Shown piece after piece: positions 26,100 through 38,538 of a stretch of DNA of 64,000 nucleotides (position 1 is the first letter of the stretch; each line of letters opens with the position of its first letter). Both the position numbers and the translations under genes were made by a program. The notes under the pieces are model-generated. The model did not search any database. It had not been told where the DNA came from and worked only from the letters and a program-made list of their open reading frames with translations. Source of the DNA: Carcharhinus amblyrhynchos (taxonomy: Eukaryota); the NCBI GenBank assembly GCA_965287045.1, contig OZ336881.1, positions 46,314,001-46,378,000 on the forward strand, in the 5' to 3' direction.

Positions 26100-26710
26100 G
26101 CTCTTAGTTTACATTGGCTGTGTGGCTCTCATCTTTCCCGTACATAATGCCAGTGGCTCAGGCTCCTGACAGCTCCCAGCACCATGTTGCCATATGTGCC
26201 AGGAACTGGGCCTTGTGTATGTGCTGTCCTTGCTTTGTCTCCTTCATGTCTAGGGATGACCTTTCTCCCATTCATCACACTCTCCATTGATTTTTCAGAC
26301 TTTTGGGGCAAATTTGTTTTGATACCTTGTATTTTGAACCTTGTTCCATTTTCATTGGACCGACCAGAAGTTGTGAATGGGTGTCCAAAGCATCTGCCTG
26401 TTTCAGGTTATGTGTCCTTGTTAATATGTACATCAATGTAGTGTGCCATGTAGCCTCCAATCAGTGCCAAGACACCTGCAAAAGAGAAATGCCAATTTTT
26501 TTTGTGGAAATCTTTTGCTTCATTGTTGTTCATTAGTGCTATTTGATGATGGTGTTAAAGTTGTTCTGCAACTCATCTTCATGTCCCTTGTGCTTGGCAT
26601 CAGTACAAGAAAGATGATACCTCTTTGAAAAATAGGTTTTGCCAAACTCCTCTCAAGAAGGCCAGTCATGCCTCCCAGAAAAAAAATTAAACTGCCTTGT
26701 AGCTGATGCA
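26100..26710 (-). mobile_element. possible very old L1/Tx1 ORF2 C-terminal relic
   Basis: Weak minus-strand similarity only (IHNFWSV, KFAPKV*K, GPVPGTYG). It is collinear with a weak L1-like segment at ~28050-28500 (DFEIILKAFYTDF). Confidence 0.3.
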
Positions 26711-27214
26711 GCTCCATGAGAGAACTGGGAAAAAAAACATGACCTTTTCATAGATGCAGATAATGACAAACCAGCCTCATTCTGGGATGCAATTTTTCAG
26801 GCACAGAGAGGAAGTCAGGCTGAGGCAGATTTCTGTTGTTGTTGTTGACTGAACTGGATAAAAAATAGCACATTGCATGAAGGCCCCCACTGTGAGACTC
26901 GCCGCTGAAATGGTATGAAATATGCATTTAAACTCAGGACGAAAGTCTGGCTATTTAAAGGTCTAGAAATTGCATGTTACTTCTCCAGCACCTCATGATG
27001 GATGAAAGTAATTTTACCCAATGACTGCTCCCTGGTTCCGACAAGTCATTTACAAGTGGGGCTCTGGGGTATCATTCTGTAAGTTTTCTTTTCTCTTTCA
27101 TACCTGCAGAACTGTGTCAAATGAGACTCTGAGGTGCCATGTTATTCAAGGACTGCAGAGTTATTCGTTAGAGGTTGGAGCTACAGTATAGACAAATATA
27201 AAATAACAACCACA

Positions 27215-27640
27215 ACAACAACCTATAGTTATATGGAATATGATGAAACAAAATGTGACACTGAGGCACCATAAGGAGATGTTAGGTCAGATGACCAAAG
27301 CCTTGGTCAAAGAGGTCAGTTTTAAGAAAGGTGTTTTAAAAAAGGAGGCAACATAAAGAGATAGCATTTTAGGGAGGGAACTCCATACCTTAGATTCGTG
27401 CAAACAGAAGATGCAGCCACCAATGGGGGAGAGATTAAAATCATGGATGCCCAGGAAGCCAAAATTAGATGAGTGCAGATATCTGGGAGCGCTATGGGAC
27501 TGGAGGAGATTGCAGAGATAGGGTGAAGGTGAGGGCATGAAGGGATTTTGAAATAAGGATGAGAATTTTAAAATTAAGACATTGTTTGACTGGAGCCAAT
27601 GTGGGTCAGCAAGCACAGGATTGATGGGTGAATGGAACAC
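27215..27640 (-). mobile_element. L2 LINE 3' end
   Basis: ORF 27287-27778 contains SPINPVLADPHWL...PYLCNLLQSHSAPRYLHSSNFGFLGI...IGG, an L2 ORF2 C-terminus (ITPVLADLHWLP...PPYL..LL...R.LRSS). Confidence 0.85.
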
Positions 27641-28985
27641 AGGGTTGCCTTGCAGGCAGGCTAACTTGTTTAACGGTAGCATTTCAGACCCTCCCTTGGG
27701 GGGCACGTTGTGCCCTCGGGAGCTGCAGACCAATCGATTGGCTGGCAGCTCCAGCAGTCCCAGCAGCTCCAAGGGCAATCAATGGTGATTGCTGCTGGGA
27801 TTGCAACCAGTCCCAAAAAGAAGGATCCTGGAGTGAAGTAAGTCTAGGATATTGGTGGAGGTATTTGAGCAGCTTAGGGATGGGAGCAGGAAGTGATTGG
27901 GGGGATTTCAGAGAGCAAAAGGTTAGGAAGGAAGGGGGTGCTGCTACATTTGAGTAGGGCCTCTGATATGCAAGGATCTAAATGTTGCTTAGCTGCTTGA
28001 AATACGGATATTGGACCAACTTCTGGCATCTCATCTTGCAAAAGATCACTCAGTGCTGCGCAGTTTCTTCCTCATCAGATTCAACTAGAAAGAGACATTT
28101 TAGGTTTAGCAGGTCATCCTTCAGTGCTCCATGTTGGCAAGAACAAGTTGGGCAATATAGGTTGGGAAGAAATAATTCAATCACTTCTCCAGGTCATTGT
28201 AACCTTTAGTTAAAGCATGTTCATTTTCTGACTAAGTTTGGCTTCTGTCTAAAATCGGTGTAAAAGGCTTTGAGAATGATCTCAAAGTCCATGGTGGACT
28301 TGTCCACTCCCTGTCTCAGAAGAACATCATCTGCTACTAGGCCAAAAGCATAAAGAGAAGAACAGACATGATGCTTCTGTTCTTTAGCTTGAAGGCCTGA
28401 TGCTGCTCAATATCAAAGGTAATGGCATTTCCATAATTCCCATTGCTGGCCTCTCTTTGGACCTCCAAGACAGTCAAATGGGCAGGGTAGGAGCAAGGAC
28501 TGCTTAGTATTACCTTATCTTATCACCTCCCTTCAGTTTACCGCCTCCTTCCAGTGGGTAGTATGAACTGCTATCAAGTTTTTCTTCGCTCTGTGGTTCC
28601 ATTAATAATGTCAATGTATGCTTTACATCAATGCCCCCAATGCAGTCACTATTTCTGAGATGGTCCTTATTTGTGGACCCCAGGTTTGGCTCTTGATTAC
28701 TGGATAAAATGCAGCAATACTGTGATACTTAATACGTGTTTATTCATACTACATCTAAACAGGTCCCAACCTCTTTCTCAAGCTTCTAACATGTGAGTGA
28801 CAGATGTCAGTAATACATCATCATCTACACTATATATTTGCATAATCACTCTGTTAATCCTTTATAGTACTCTGTGAAGCTCGTTTAAAATTGGTAAGAA
28901 ACTTTATGACGTTGTTAAGCAAATACACTGGCAAGTAGGACTAATAAATATACTATTCCAACTTTGAGAAGTTCATGCATGCTGT

Positions 28986-29334
28986 GGGCAGCATGGTGGC
29001 ACAGTGGTTCGCGTTGTCACCTCACAGTGTCAGGGGCCCATGTTCAATTTCAGCCTTGGGTGATTGTTTTGTGGAATCTGCTCACTCTCCCTGTGTCTGC
29101 ATAGGTTTTCTCTGGCTGCTCTGATTGCTACCCACGTTCCAAAGATGTGCAGATTAGGTGGATTAGCCATGCTAAATTATCACTTAGTGTCCCAGGACTT
29201 GTAGGTTAGGGGGAATTAGTGGGGTAAATACATGGAGTAATGGACATAGGAACTAAGTAAGGAGCTCTGTTGGAGAGTGAGTGCAGATTCAGTGGACCAA
29301 ATGGTTTCCTTCTGCATTTTGGGGGTTTTATGAT
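28986..29334 (+). mobile_element. HE1-like V-SINE, tail A
   Basis: GGGCAGCATGGTGGCACAGTGG head, V-core, tail GTGCAGATTCAGTGGACCAAATGGTTTCCTTCTGCA. Confidence 0.9.
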
Positions 29335-30499
29335 ACCTTGGCTAGTGGACTTCAACAAAGTCCTGCATTATGCTCTTACAATAATTAGAAATAAAAAGTT
29401 TAAACGTGTTTTTAGCACCCTATTATTTTAATGATATGTTGATCTACTTCTCCTTGAGCACAATTGCATAATTCATTTCCAGAATCTAATAATTATTTCA
29501 AGAACCAATGTGGACTGCATGAAGTGCAGGTTGAGTGGAAAGAATACCATTATTGACATTGAATGTTCACTGTCTGCAAGTAGATGGGATAGTTGCATTT
29601 AACTTAGATGATATCACATCACATAGTGAATGAATAGGAAACACACAGCATGACAGAATCACATCAGTTGAGGTTACTATATTCAATGTTCCAGGTCTGT
29701 GACTGACCTCACAAATCCCCAATATGATACTAGTCACGCACTGTAATTTGTTTTCAGCCAGGCTGATCTCCACACCCTTGTTCCAGGTCCCAATTTCACA
29801 CCGTTATGATCAAAATATACATAAAAACAACCTTGTACTTTGCAGGAAACATCTCTCTAACTCACTGACACTGCAGCCCTTCACTGTTGAGCCAACTAAC
29901 TTTCTGTAACAATCATGTCAAATTTTCTGTCTCCTCTTTCTTCCAATCAGCTCTTTTTTCCCCTTCAGCAGCTCCCTATCCTTGCTCATCAGATGCGAAC
30001 TGGAATGTAATAATTCACACCTATCAATTTTAACATAGTTTTAATTTGTCGTTTACAGAGAAAAGGTTTCTCTTTTTATGCATTTTATTACATATTACTT
30101 CAAGCATTTATTGAAAAGGAAACTCTAGAAAATTTACCAGTTTTTATTCATCGGTTATTCAAGTGTTACAATGTTAAGTGACTTTCCAGGTGGAGAGATG
30201 GATGAGGAATATTATGTACTTGTTTCTTTGTTTATTGTGCTTTAGTAATGATTTGTATCACTTGACAAAAACCTAATAATTAAGGAGAGAATTAACATGC
30301 ATTCAAGAGTGACTCTAATTCTGATTAATATAATTCCTGGGGATCTCAAATAATTTGGGAATATAATCACTGTATCCTTTTCATTTTTTGTATGAGTGAA
30401 CAAGGCAGATATTGTGTGATACCTTTAGTTTACTGACTTATTTCATGTAATGGGTTTCCTTCAAATGGCAAATAGGAGCCATGGAATTGCACCCAGCAT

Positions 30500-31832
30500 G
30501 GAGACAATAGGGTGGTGTGATTCTCCAGGCCCACTAGCCCCCAGCGGGGATCATGCTGGCTTGGAGAATTTGGTGTTGGGCCAAAAATGGGTTTGATGCT
30601 GAGTGGCAAATCCATTTTGATTCTCCCAGCTTGCTGCATTGACCCCAGTGAGGTTCCTATGCACAGTGAGCGGAACCTGATGCACATAGTTTAAATCCAA
30701 TTGAAATGTCATTAGCCGGCTGCAAGGCATATTCAACTCCTTCTGGTTATTCACTCTTAGCATAGAGATTTCAGGCAGGTCTCGATCAAAATCTTCATTC
30801 AGGTCTGTGTCTTTGAAAACTTTGAAGTGGCCTGGTTGATTTAATCTCCATGCCCTAGACAACTGAAGGATTTCAAATCATGGCAGTGCTCCATTCTGCA
30901 GAAGAGATTCCCTTTTCTGTGTCACAGAAGCTGCAGGTGTAAGAAGAACCCTTTGCAGTCCTCTGGCTGACAGAGAAGTCAGTTTCGCTGGGGGAGGGGA
31001 TTCCCTTCTCCATAGTTGCTCACCAGCACCATTCTTTTAACACTGCATTTTTTCAAGCCTTTGAGCCTTCCTAGAAAGCTCAAAAACTTTGATAACTATT
31101 GGAATCTTTGTTTTCATTCAATTTCATGGACCAATACCTTTAACTAGCCTTTGATTAACAGATTAATGGTTTTTATGCACCATGCTGAGCTTTGTTTATT
31201 TATCTTTTCATTCATGGTTGAATGCATCTGAAGTACTGAAGTACTCCCCCCCCCCCCCGCCCCCCGCCCCCCATTGGTTCTAACCGCAATGCTTATAAAC
31301 ATCCTTGTTCTGGTTGACAGTTGCGGGGAACTTCAAAGTAGTTCTAAGTGCACTGAGGGTGTCACTGCCAGACTGTCAGTACCAGGGTACCAGGAGGCAG
31401 TGCAAGATTGGCATTGCCAAGGGTCGAGACCTGCTGGGAGGGCCTGGGGGAGTGATTGAGGGAGTCTTGATGCTGGTGAGGGGACTCCTATATCATTGTG
31501 GAGGATGGGGGGTTAGGTCACCCTCATGCCTGCCTGGTGTGAGTGGAGGAGGTTGTCCCTCTCTGCTGAGAAATTGGACAAGGGGTGGGGGTGCTATCTT
31601 CTGGTCTCCTTTTCTGCTGTGGGAGGGAAAGGGGCCTGCCTCTGAGTGATAAGATCAGGGTGTCATTTAAGAATGGCTCTGAAAAACCAAGCTGGCCAGC
31701 AAGTTTTCCATAATGCATAAATTTGCATCGAGCAGGTCGGTGAATCTCACATCACAGGCACTGCTACTGCCAGCAGGAAACACTGGTTTTCCCACTGGTG
31801 GGCTGGAGTGCAATCAGGATAATCACAGCCAA
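30500..31832. mobile_element. long decayed Harbinger-like non-autonomous element
   Basis: GC-rich block with degenerate ends GGGTGGTGTGATTCTCC...GGATAATCACAGCC. Confidence 0.45.
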
Positions 31833-33289
31833 TGCCTGAGAGGTGTAAGGGAAGATAATAGGGCATTATGGAGGGGGGAAAACTAGCCTGCCATCTATTT
31901 CCAGCATTTTCTGTTGCAATCTCACATTTTGAGCTTTACATCATTGAGATTTACCCTTTTAGTTGAATGGTTTCTGTGGGTTCACTGTGTGAATACACTG
32001 AGGGTTTTGCACTTAATAAATAATCAATTTCAATAATTTTTTTTTCCACTCAACCTGCTCTTAATTCACTCCATATTAGTCCCTGAAACAATGATTATAG
32101 ATTCAGCAGATGAAAAATTGCTGAGTTTCACACAAAACTGGATAAGGAACATTTACATTCACACCTAAAGTACTGCAGAGAAAAGTCATTCATCACTTTT
32201 TGTTTATCTTTTTGATATGTAGAGAGGAAAGCAGATTCCTACAAGATATTTTTCCAGGTTGCTTATCAATGCAACAAAAGACAGTTTTCTAATGTCACTC
32301 AGCGAAAGAAAATACATGTGCTGCCGAGTCTCATTGGAGTAGTGCCGAAATCAAGGCTCACTGCGTATTTGTGGAAGACTTGGTTCTTCACGTTTGATAA
32401 GTGGCAAAGTCTTGAATCTCTTTCACTGGTGAGATATATTTTGTAATTTGCAGTTTTCACACTCATATTTAATACAGTCACAATATTATAATCTCAGTAA
32501 TTTAAGTTATTTTTGAGTTACTCGTGAAATGGATCATCAGAAATGTGGAATATGCTTTATAAATGTAGCTTCATGTCACATGGCCTCTACAACTATGGCA
32601 AATTCCCTAAGTATATTTGAAGGATAAAACTGATGGGGTTGTCTTGGTCCGAAGCATTATGTTATGAATGAGGATCCTATTTACATTTTTTACACTTTAT
32701 ACTGCGAGAAATTTCAGGTCAGCTCCCTAGTTTGCTGCTGCAAAACTGTTCGAGTTGACAGACAACGCAAAAGCACTGTTTATTGTGTAAGACTGGCTTT
32801 TGCCCTTTATCAGTTTAGAAACATGGGTGAGAAGATGCAGAAGGCTGCAGGATTGAATAATGTGACTCGTTAATTGAAATGTTCAGGTTTCCACAGAACA
32901 AATTATTCAATTCAAATATTTCATAATCACAGAAAGTATGGTTATGTCATGGATACACAAGAATTTTTATGACAAGGTTAATGTGTTTTTTGCTTTCTGA
33001 TTAGAATTAGTCATCATCAAAACCCAAAGTAACATTAGCAATAATTTTAGCAGCATTTTGTTTTTATTTCTGCCTCTCTGTTGACATTATTGTATCCCTC
33101 AATAATGTAGAATTAACACATTGAAACTGAGCAGTTTTTTTTCTTTAAATATAAACTTAACCAATTGTAAAATATTTTTAATCTCCAGCCTGTAGAATAC
33201 TTCATTGGAGATTACCTCTAGCTTTAAAACTGTCTTACAATTAGCAAATCAAGTGCCTGCTTAACTATTATCACAAACAATTCTCTTTT

Positions 33290-33570
33290 ATTTATTCGTT
33301 CAGGGGATGTGGGCATCACTGGCAAGGCTAGCATTTATTATCCACCTCTAATTGCCCTTGAGAAGGTGGCAATAAGCTACATTATTGAACTGCTGCAGTC
33401 ACTGTGGTGTAACTACACCACAGGGAGTTCCAGGATTTTGACCCAGCGACAGTGAAGGAATGGCAATATATTTCAGGATGGTGTGTGAAAAGGAAAGGAA
33501 CTTGTAGGTGTGGTGTTCCCATGCATTTGCTGCCTTTGTCCCTCTAGGGTTAGAAGGTGCTGAGGAAGGG
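33290..33570 (-). mobile_element. CR1/L2-group LINE 3' end
   Basis: The reverse strand ends GATAATAAATGCTAGCCTTGCCAGTGATGCCCACATCCCCTGAACGAATAAA; homologous to 22120-22560. Confidence 0.75.
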
Positions 33571-33674
33571 GCACTGAAGAGTCGTTATAAATCTGATTTA
33601 CATCCCCTTATTGTCTCCTTGCTAGGTGTGATTCCATGGATACAAGACTTCTCAGAAGCAAAATTCTCATCCTG

Positions 33675-33960
33675 GAAATCTGAATTAAAAACAAAAATGC
33701 TGAAAATCATTAGGAACTGTGGAGGGAAACAGAATTGAGGGGCAGGATTTACTGCACAACCCATCGCATGGTCCATGGCAAGGAAAGATCAGTGGCGGGA
33801 TCTTCTGGTCCTACCATTGTCAATGGAGTTTCCCATCGAATTCACTTCTTGCTGTTGTGAAAGCCACACTAAGGCTGCACCTTCAGCGGGACCAGAAATC
33901 CCGCTGGTGTGAATTGCCAAAAAGTTCAGTGTTTCAGAACCAATGATCCTTCATCAGAAT
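33675..33960 (-). mobile_element. Penelope-like terminal fragment interrupted by a Harbinger-like MITE (~33740-33920)
   Basis: GGAAATCTGAATTAAAAACAAAAATGCTG..., then the MITE GGGGCAGGATTT...GAAATCCCGCTGG, then GTTTCAGAACCAATGATCCTTCATCAG (hammerhead-like on the minus strand). Confidence 0.6.
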
Positions 33961-35609
33961 AGGTTCAACCCCAATCATGAACCTGGCCCCTGACCCCCAC
34001 TTCACTTTATGGCCCATCAGCAGGAATTCTCCACCATCACTAAATTCAGTTCAGTGTGTTGATGCCTCCTTATAATGAATTAATTTGTTTTGGATAGTTA
34101 ACGGCAAAAAGCACCTGTGGAATCATGCCCAGCAAGGAGACAACGCTTAAGAGATTGATGAGGAGAAAGTAGATCATAAGAAAGGGAAAAAAAGAATAAT
34201 CCACTGTGTATTTCTAGCGTTTTCTTTTAAGGTTTCAAATTTGCAGCTTTACACCCATTTTGTTTTTCTTTTCTTTTAGCTAAATGGCTTCTGGGGTTTG
34301 ACTGTGTAGACATACAAAAGGACAGGGTCAACATACAAAATTAGTGAGCCTCAACAAAGACTGGATAAAAGCCTGTAGATTATTAGATATGTGAAGCAAA
34401 TTTTCTTCAAAAGCAGCTAATGATGTGTCAGTTAGCTCCTTTAAAATTATAGCTTGCTGGATTTCTGCATAAGAACAGGATTGAAGGTTATAAGGATAAG
34501 TACAGGCACAGAGTGATCAAATACCCTATGGAACACTTTGATTTCTGTTCTGTTGAGACTGTGGAAATGTCATCTGTGGATTGCAACCAGTCAGGGATGA
34601 ATAATGTAGAATGTAATGTTGGACTGGTGTCATTTTTTTTTGGCTTGGTTACCTTTGGGGACCAGGAAGAAATGTCAATTTTCTTCTTTTTGTTTTACCT
34701 TTGGTTATTTAGCTACCATGGAAACAAATATCCTCAAAATTTGTACAGGTATTTGAGCTGAAAAATCATATTGTTCATAGTCCAGTCTTATCCTCAAGGT
34801 TCATACATGGAGTGTTTCTCTCCCTCAACAGAGATCAGCCTGCGTTTCATGCAAATTAACTTTGACCTTGATGGAGGTCTATGGTTACCCATTGAAACTC
34901 TGGAATGAGACCAGCGGAACATTCAATGAAACAGCGACTGTGACTGAAAAGATTTAGGACAGGAAAACAGTCGAAACCATGCAGAATGTGAGGCCTGATA
35001 TGATTTAACAGACTGAAAAGAGGTTAAATTATACAGATATCTAAAGATATTAGTGACAATGTTAAAGAACATATCATATGACATTACCTCTGTCCATTAT
35101 TTTAGAGAGGCATTAAGACATTTAAAATAAACTGGCTTGGTGCCTTGATTAAAATAAAAGACGAGTGTATGAAGTGTTTATCTGCTAATAGTACCAGTGA
35201 TAATTTCCGGGATAGATTTAATTACTCGGAAAAAATAGCAATTGCATTACTACTTTGTGATCACTAAAGTCCATTACTTAGGTGATCCTTATCAAAAGAA
35301 TCCTCCCTAGAAATTAATTTGCATCAGGCTTTGGACATGAACTCATTGACAAACAGGAGCTGCACCATCAGAACTGTCCACATAAAATTAGTCCGCCTAC
35401 ATCAATAGGATACGACCATGTCAGTAGCAGCCCCCTCCCACCCCCATTTTAATGTGTCCCCACCTCCACACCCCCATTTTAATGTGGAGGTAAACAAACT
35501 CTGTTGCTCCTTCTGATACATCATGCAGTGAATGAAAAATTATTTACTTACCTTTATGGTGGCATTTTCCAGTGGGCCCTTTCTTCAGGTCTCCAGCTTG
35601 GCTACTGTG

Positions 35610-35880
35610 TGCACTGGAGGGTTGAGAGATAGAGTGCCATAAAATGGGACCCAAGGTAGCTGAAGGCACAGTCACCAACTATGAACCAAAAGGATGGATA
35701 ACACATGGAAGCTTGGCTTCTAAGGAACAGACAATATAGTTGGTATGTTGTCAGGCTGGCTGAGGTTACAGAAAGGTAAAGGAATGAGGCGACAGAAAGA
35801 TTTAAGCAAAAGATTAATAATTTTGAGTCTAAACTGTAGGGATCAGGACACCACTGTAGGCCAGCGAGGATGGACAAGGG
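35610..35880 (-). mobile_element. decayed L2 LINE fragment
   Basis: ORF 35602-35877 has SILAGLQWCP...LLIFCLNL...IVGDCAFSYLG, the L2 C-terminal pattern. Confidence 0.55.
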
Positions 35881-36166
35881 GGCAGGCTGCCCACCTGCCT
35901 TCTTAGGCAGGAAATATTGTGTAGTATAACGAACCTTTGAAAGGAAGCAAGAAAGAGTGGAGCACTTGTACCTTCACACTAATGATAAATGGCCAAACTT
36001 GCACAGGCTTTTCTATCAGAATGATATCAAAGCACTGTATAGTTGTTTATCTCATTGTGACAGTTTGCATCAGTACCCTTTCTTCATATTGTATTGACAG
36101 TTACTGTTTGCATGTTTGAAAGGTTCACTTTATTGTTCAACTGGTCTGTTCACTACTGGTAAATGT

Positions 36167-37183
36167 GATTTGATTTATTATTATCACGTATTAGTATACA
36201 GTGAAAAGCATTGTTTCTGATGTGCCATTCAAACAAAGCATAGGGAAGGAAAGGAGAGAGTAGTGTTACAGTCATAGCTTGGGTGAAGAGAAAGATCAAC
36301 TTAAAGCAAAATAGGTTCAATTCTAAAGTCTGATAGCAGCAGGAAAGAAGCTGTTTTTGAGTCAGTTGGTACATGTCCTGAGACTTTAGTATCTTTTTCT
36401 TGATGGAAGATGGTGGAAGAGAGTATGTCCAAGGTGTTTGGGGTCCTTGATTATGCTGGCTGCTTTTCCAAGGCAGCAGGAAGTGCAGACAGTGTCAATG
36501 GATGGGAGGCTGGTTTGAGTGATGATTGTACTTCATTCATGGCCCTTTGTAGTTTCATGTGGTCTTGGACAGAACAGGAGCCATACCAAGCTGTGATAAA
36601 ATGGAAAGAATGTTTTCTGTGGTGCATCTGTAAAAGTTGGTGAGAGTTGTAGCAGATATGCCAAATTTCCAAAGTCTCCTGAGAAAGTCGAGGTGTTGGT
36701 GCATTTTCTTAACTATAGTGTTGGCATGGAGGGATCAGGACAGATTGTTGATCATCTGGGCATTTAAAAACTTGAAATTCTCGACCATTTTTATTTCGCC
36801 CATTGATGTAGACAGGGGCACACCCTCCACTATACTTCCTGATGTCAATGACTATCCCCTTTGTTTTGTTGACATTGAGGGTGAGATTATTGTCATTGTA
36901 ACAGTTCATCAGATTCTTTATTTCTTTCTTGTACTGTGTCTCATCATTGTTTGAGATCTGACCCATAATGGTGGTGTTATCAGCAAACTTGAAAATTGAA
37001 TTGGAGGGGAATTTGGCTATACAGCCAAAGGTGTATAAGGAATATAGTAAGTGGCTGAGGTCACAGCCTTGCGGAGCACCAGTGTTGAGGATGATTGTGG
37101 AGGAGGTGTTGTTGCCTATCCTTACTGACTATAGTCTATGGGTTAGGAAGTCTAGGATCCATTTGCAGAGGGAGAAGCCAAGC
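36167..37183 (-). mobile_element. Rex1/Babar-clade LINE, 5'-truncated
   Basis: Minus-strand GAPQGCDLSHLLYS, KFADNT, NDETQYKKEI...NNLTLNVNKTKGIVIDIRK and ITAWYGSCSVQDH; 3' tail TTTTCACTGTATACTAATACGTGATAATAATAAATCAAATC. Confidence 0.9.
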
Positions 37184-37569
37184 CAAAATGGTAGTATTTA
37201 ATTATTGTGACCTGAGAGTCAGTTATAAAATAAACCTCCTTGCCTACATCTTTACTTTTTTTTCCCCCATCAATTACACATATATTCTTACTTAAATTGT
37301 TTTTCTTTTTGCTCTGGTTATTGTACAAGTCTTACCTAATATTTACTGTCAACTTAACATGTTCTACTGAATGAAATTGACTTCCAAGTAAGATGGATAA
37401 CTTGAGTACTTGCTTCCGGTCATCTTGCTAACTTGGAATAAATTAAAGCTGTTATAACTATTCAAACACACAAACTTGCTTAGAAATAAAACTGCTAATT
37501 AGCACAGGTTAGTTTTTAGAGCTTTGACATTGTCATGGATTAGCAATGTTGGAGGTATGCTATTGCTGA

Positions 37570-38400
37570 CAAGGGGATGGGTTCGGATGTGTTGAGGGTA
37601 TGGGGTGAGGTATTAAAGATCATGAAAAATATCATCAGGTCAGAAACCCGACATCACCCAACTCACTGCTGGGTTTTACTTGGGTGTGTTTGAAGGCAAG
37701 CGGGAAAGTGGCCTGGAATTGTCAGGTAAGTCATTTCAATATTAACAAAGGCAATTCTTTGTGAATTTAATGCAGCATTCTGACCTAAGCAACAAGCTCA
37801 CAGGTTTCCTATGCTGCATGGATCTTGTTGGAATCAAAAAGTCAAGAACACATTTTTCTTGGGAATCATTTTTCAATTAAATGAAAGGCTCCAAGTCACA
37901 ATCTGGGCCACCCACATGAAAAGCTCACAGCACTATTTCTGAGTGCTTCACAGGTGCTTTGCAACTTTTTGAAAGCCATTGTACCTACCTTAGGCTTCAC
38001 TCACTCTGATTTGACTCACCCTGTTGGCAATCTTCACTACAACATGGAAACAGCTTATGCAGCTTTACCTTGAGTCCTGATGAGGAACAAGCAGAGCACC
38101 AACACCAAAAGAACCAGGAACAGCAGGAGCAGAACCAGCTCCAGCTCCAGCTGACTTCTCCTCAGCCACTTGTCACTCCACAGGACAGAGGGAATGGGTA
38201 TAGAGATCCAACTCCAAGGAGATGAAACCTCCCCCCAAGAAATGGTCTACAGGTAAAGGATCAGCTTTCCCGACATCTATCAGTACCTCAGGAGACCCAG
38301 ACTTTCATGACAGGTCCTCACTTCCATCTGTTGCCTCCTGAGGTAAAGCCCCCTTCACCGTGGACCCAGTGGACAGGAATGGTCTTCAAGGTGGCTATCA
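37570..38400 (+). mobile_element. PIF/Harbinger autonomous element 5' portion with transposase N-terminal relic
   Basis: 38242-38379 translates MVYR*RISFPDIYQYLRRPRLS*QVLTSICCLLR*SPLHRGPSG, similar to HARBI1-like N-termini (VYRxRxSFxDxxxxxCLRRLRLSR.V...IC.LL). It is preceded by a Q/E-rich tract and a MITE-like left arm. Confidence 0.65.
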
Positions 38401-38538
38401 CTGGAGGGACAGTAGTTCCTCTGGTTCTCTGCCTCGGTCTGGTATTATGCACTCTCTTCTCCTGTAAGTGAATGGTAGCAGTTCAAAAAGATAGTTCACC
38501 ACCATTTTCTTAAGGGCAATCAGGGATGCGTAGTAAAT

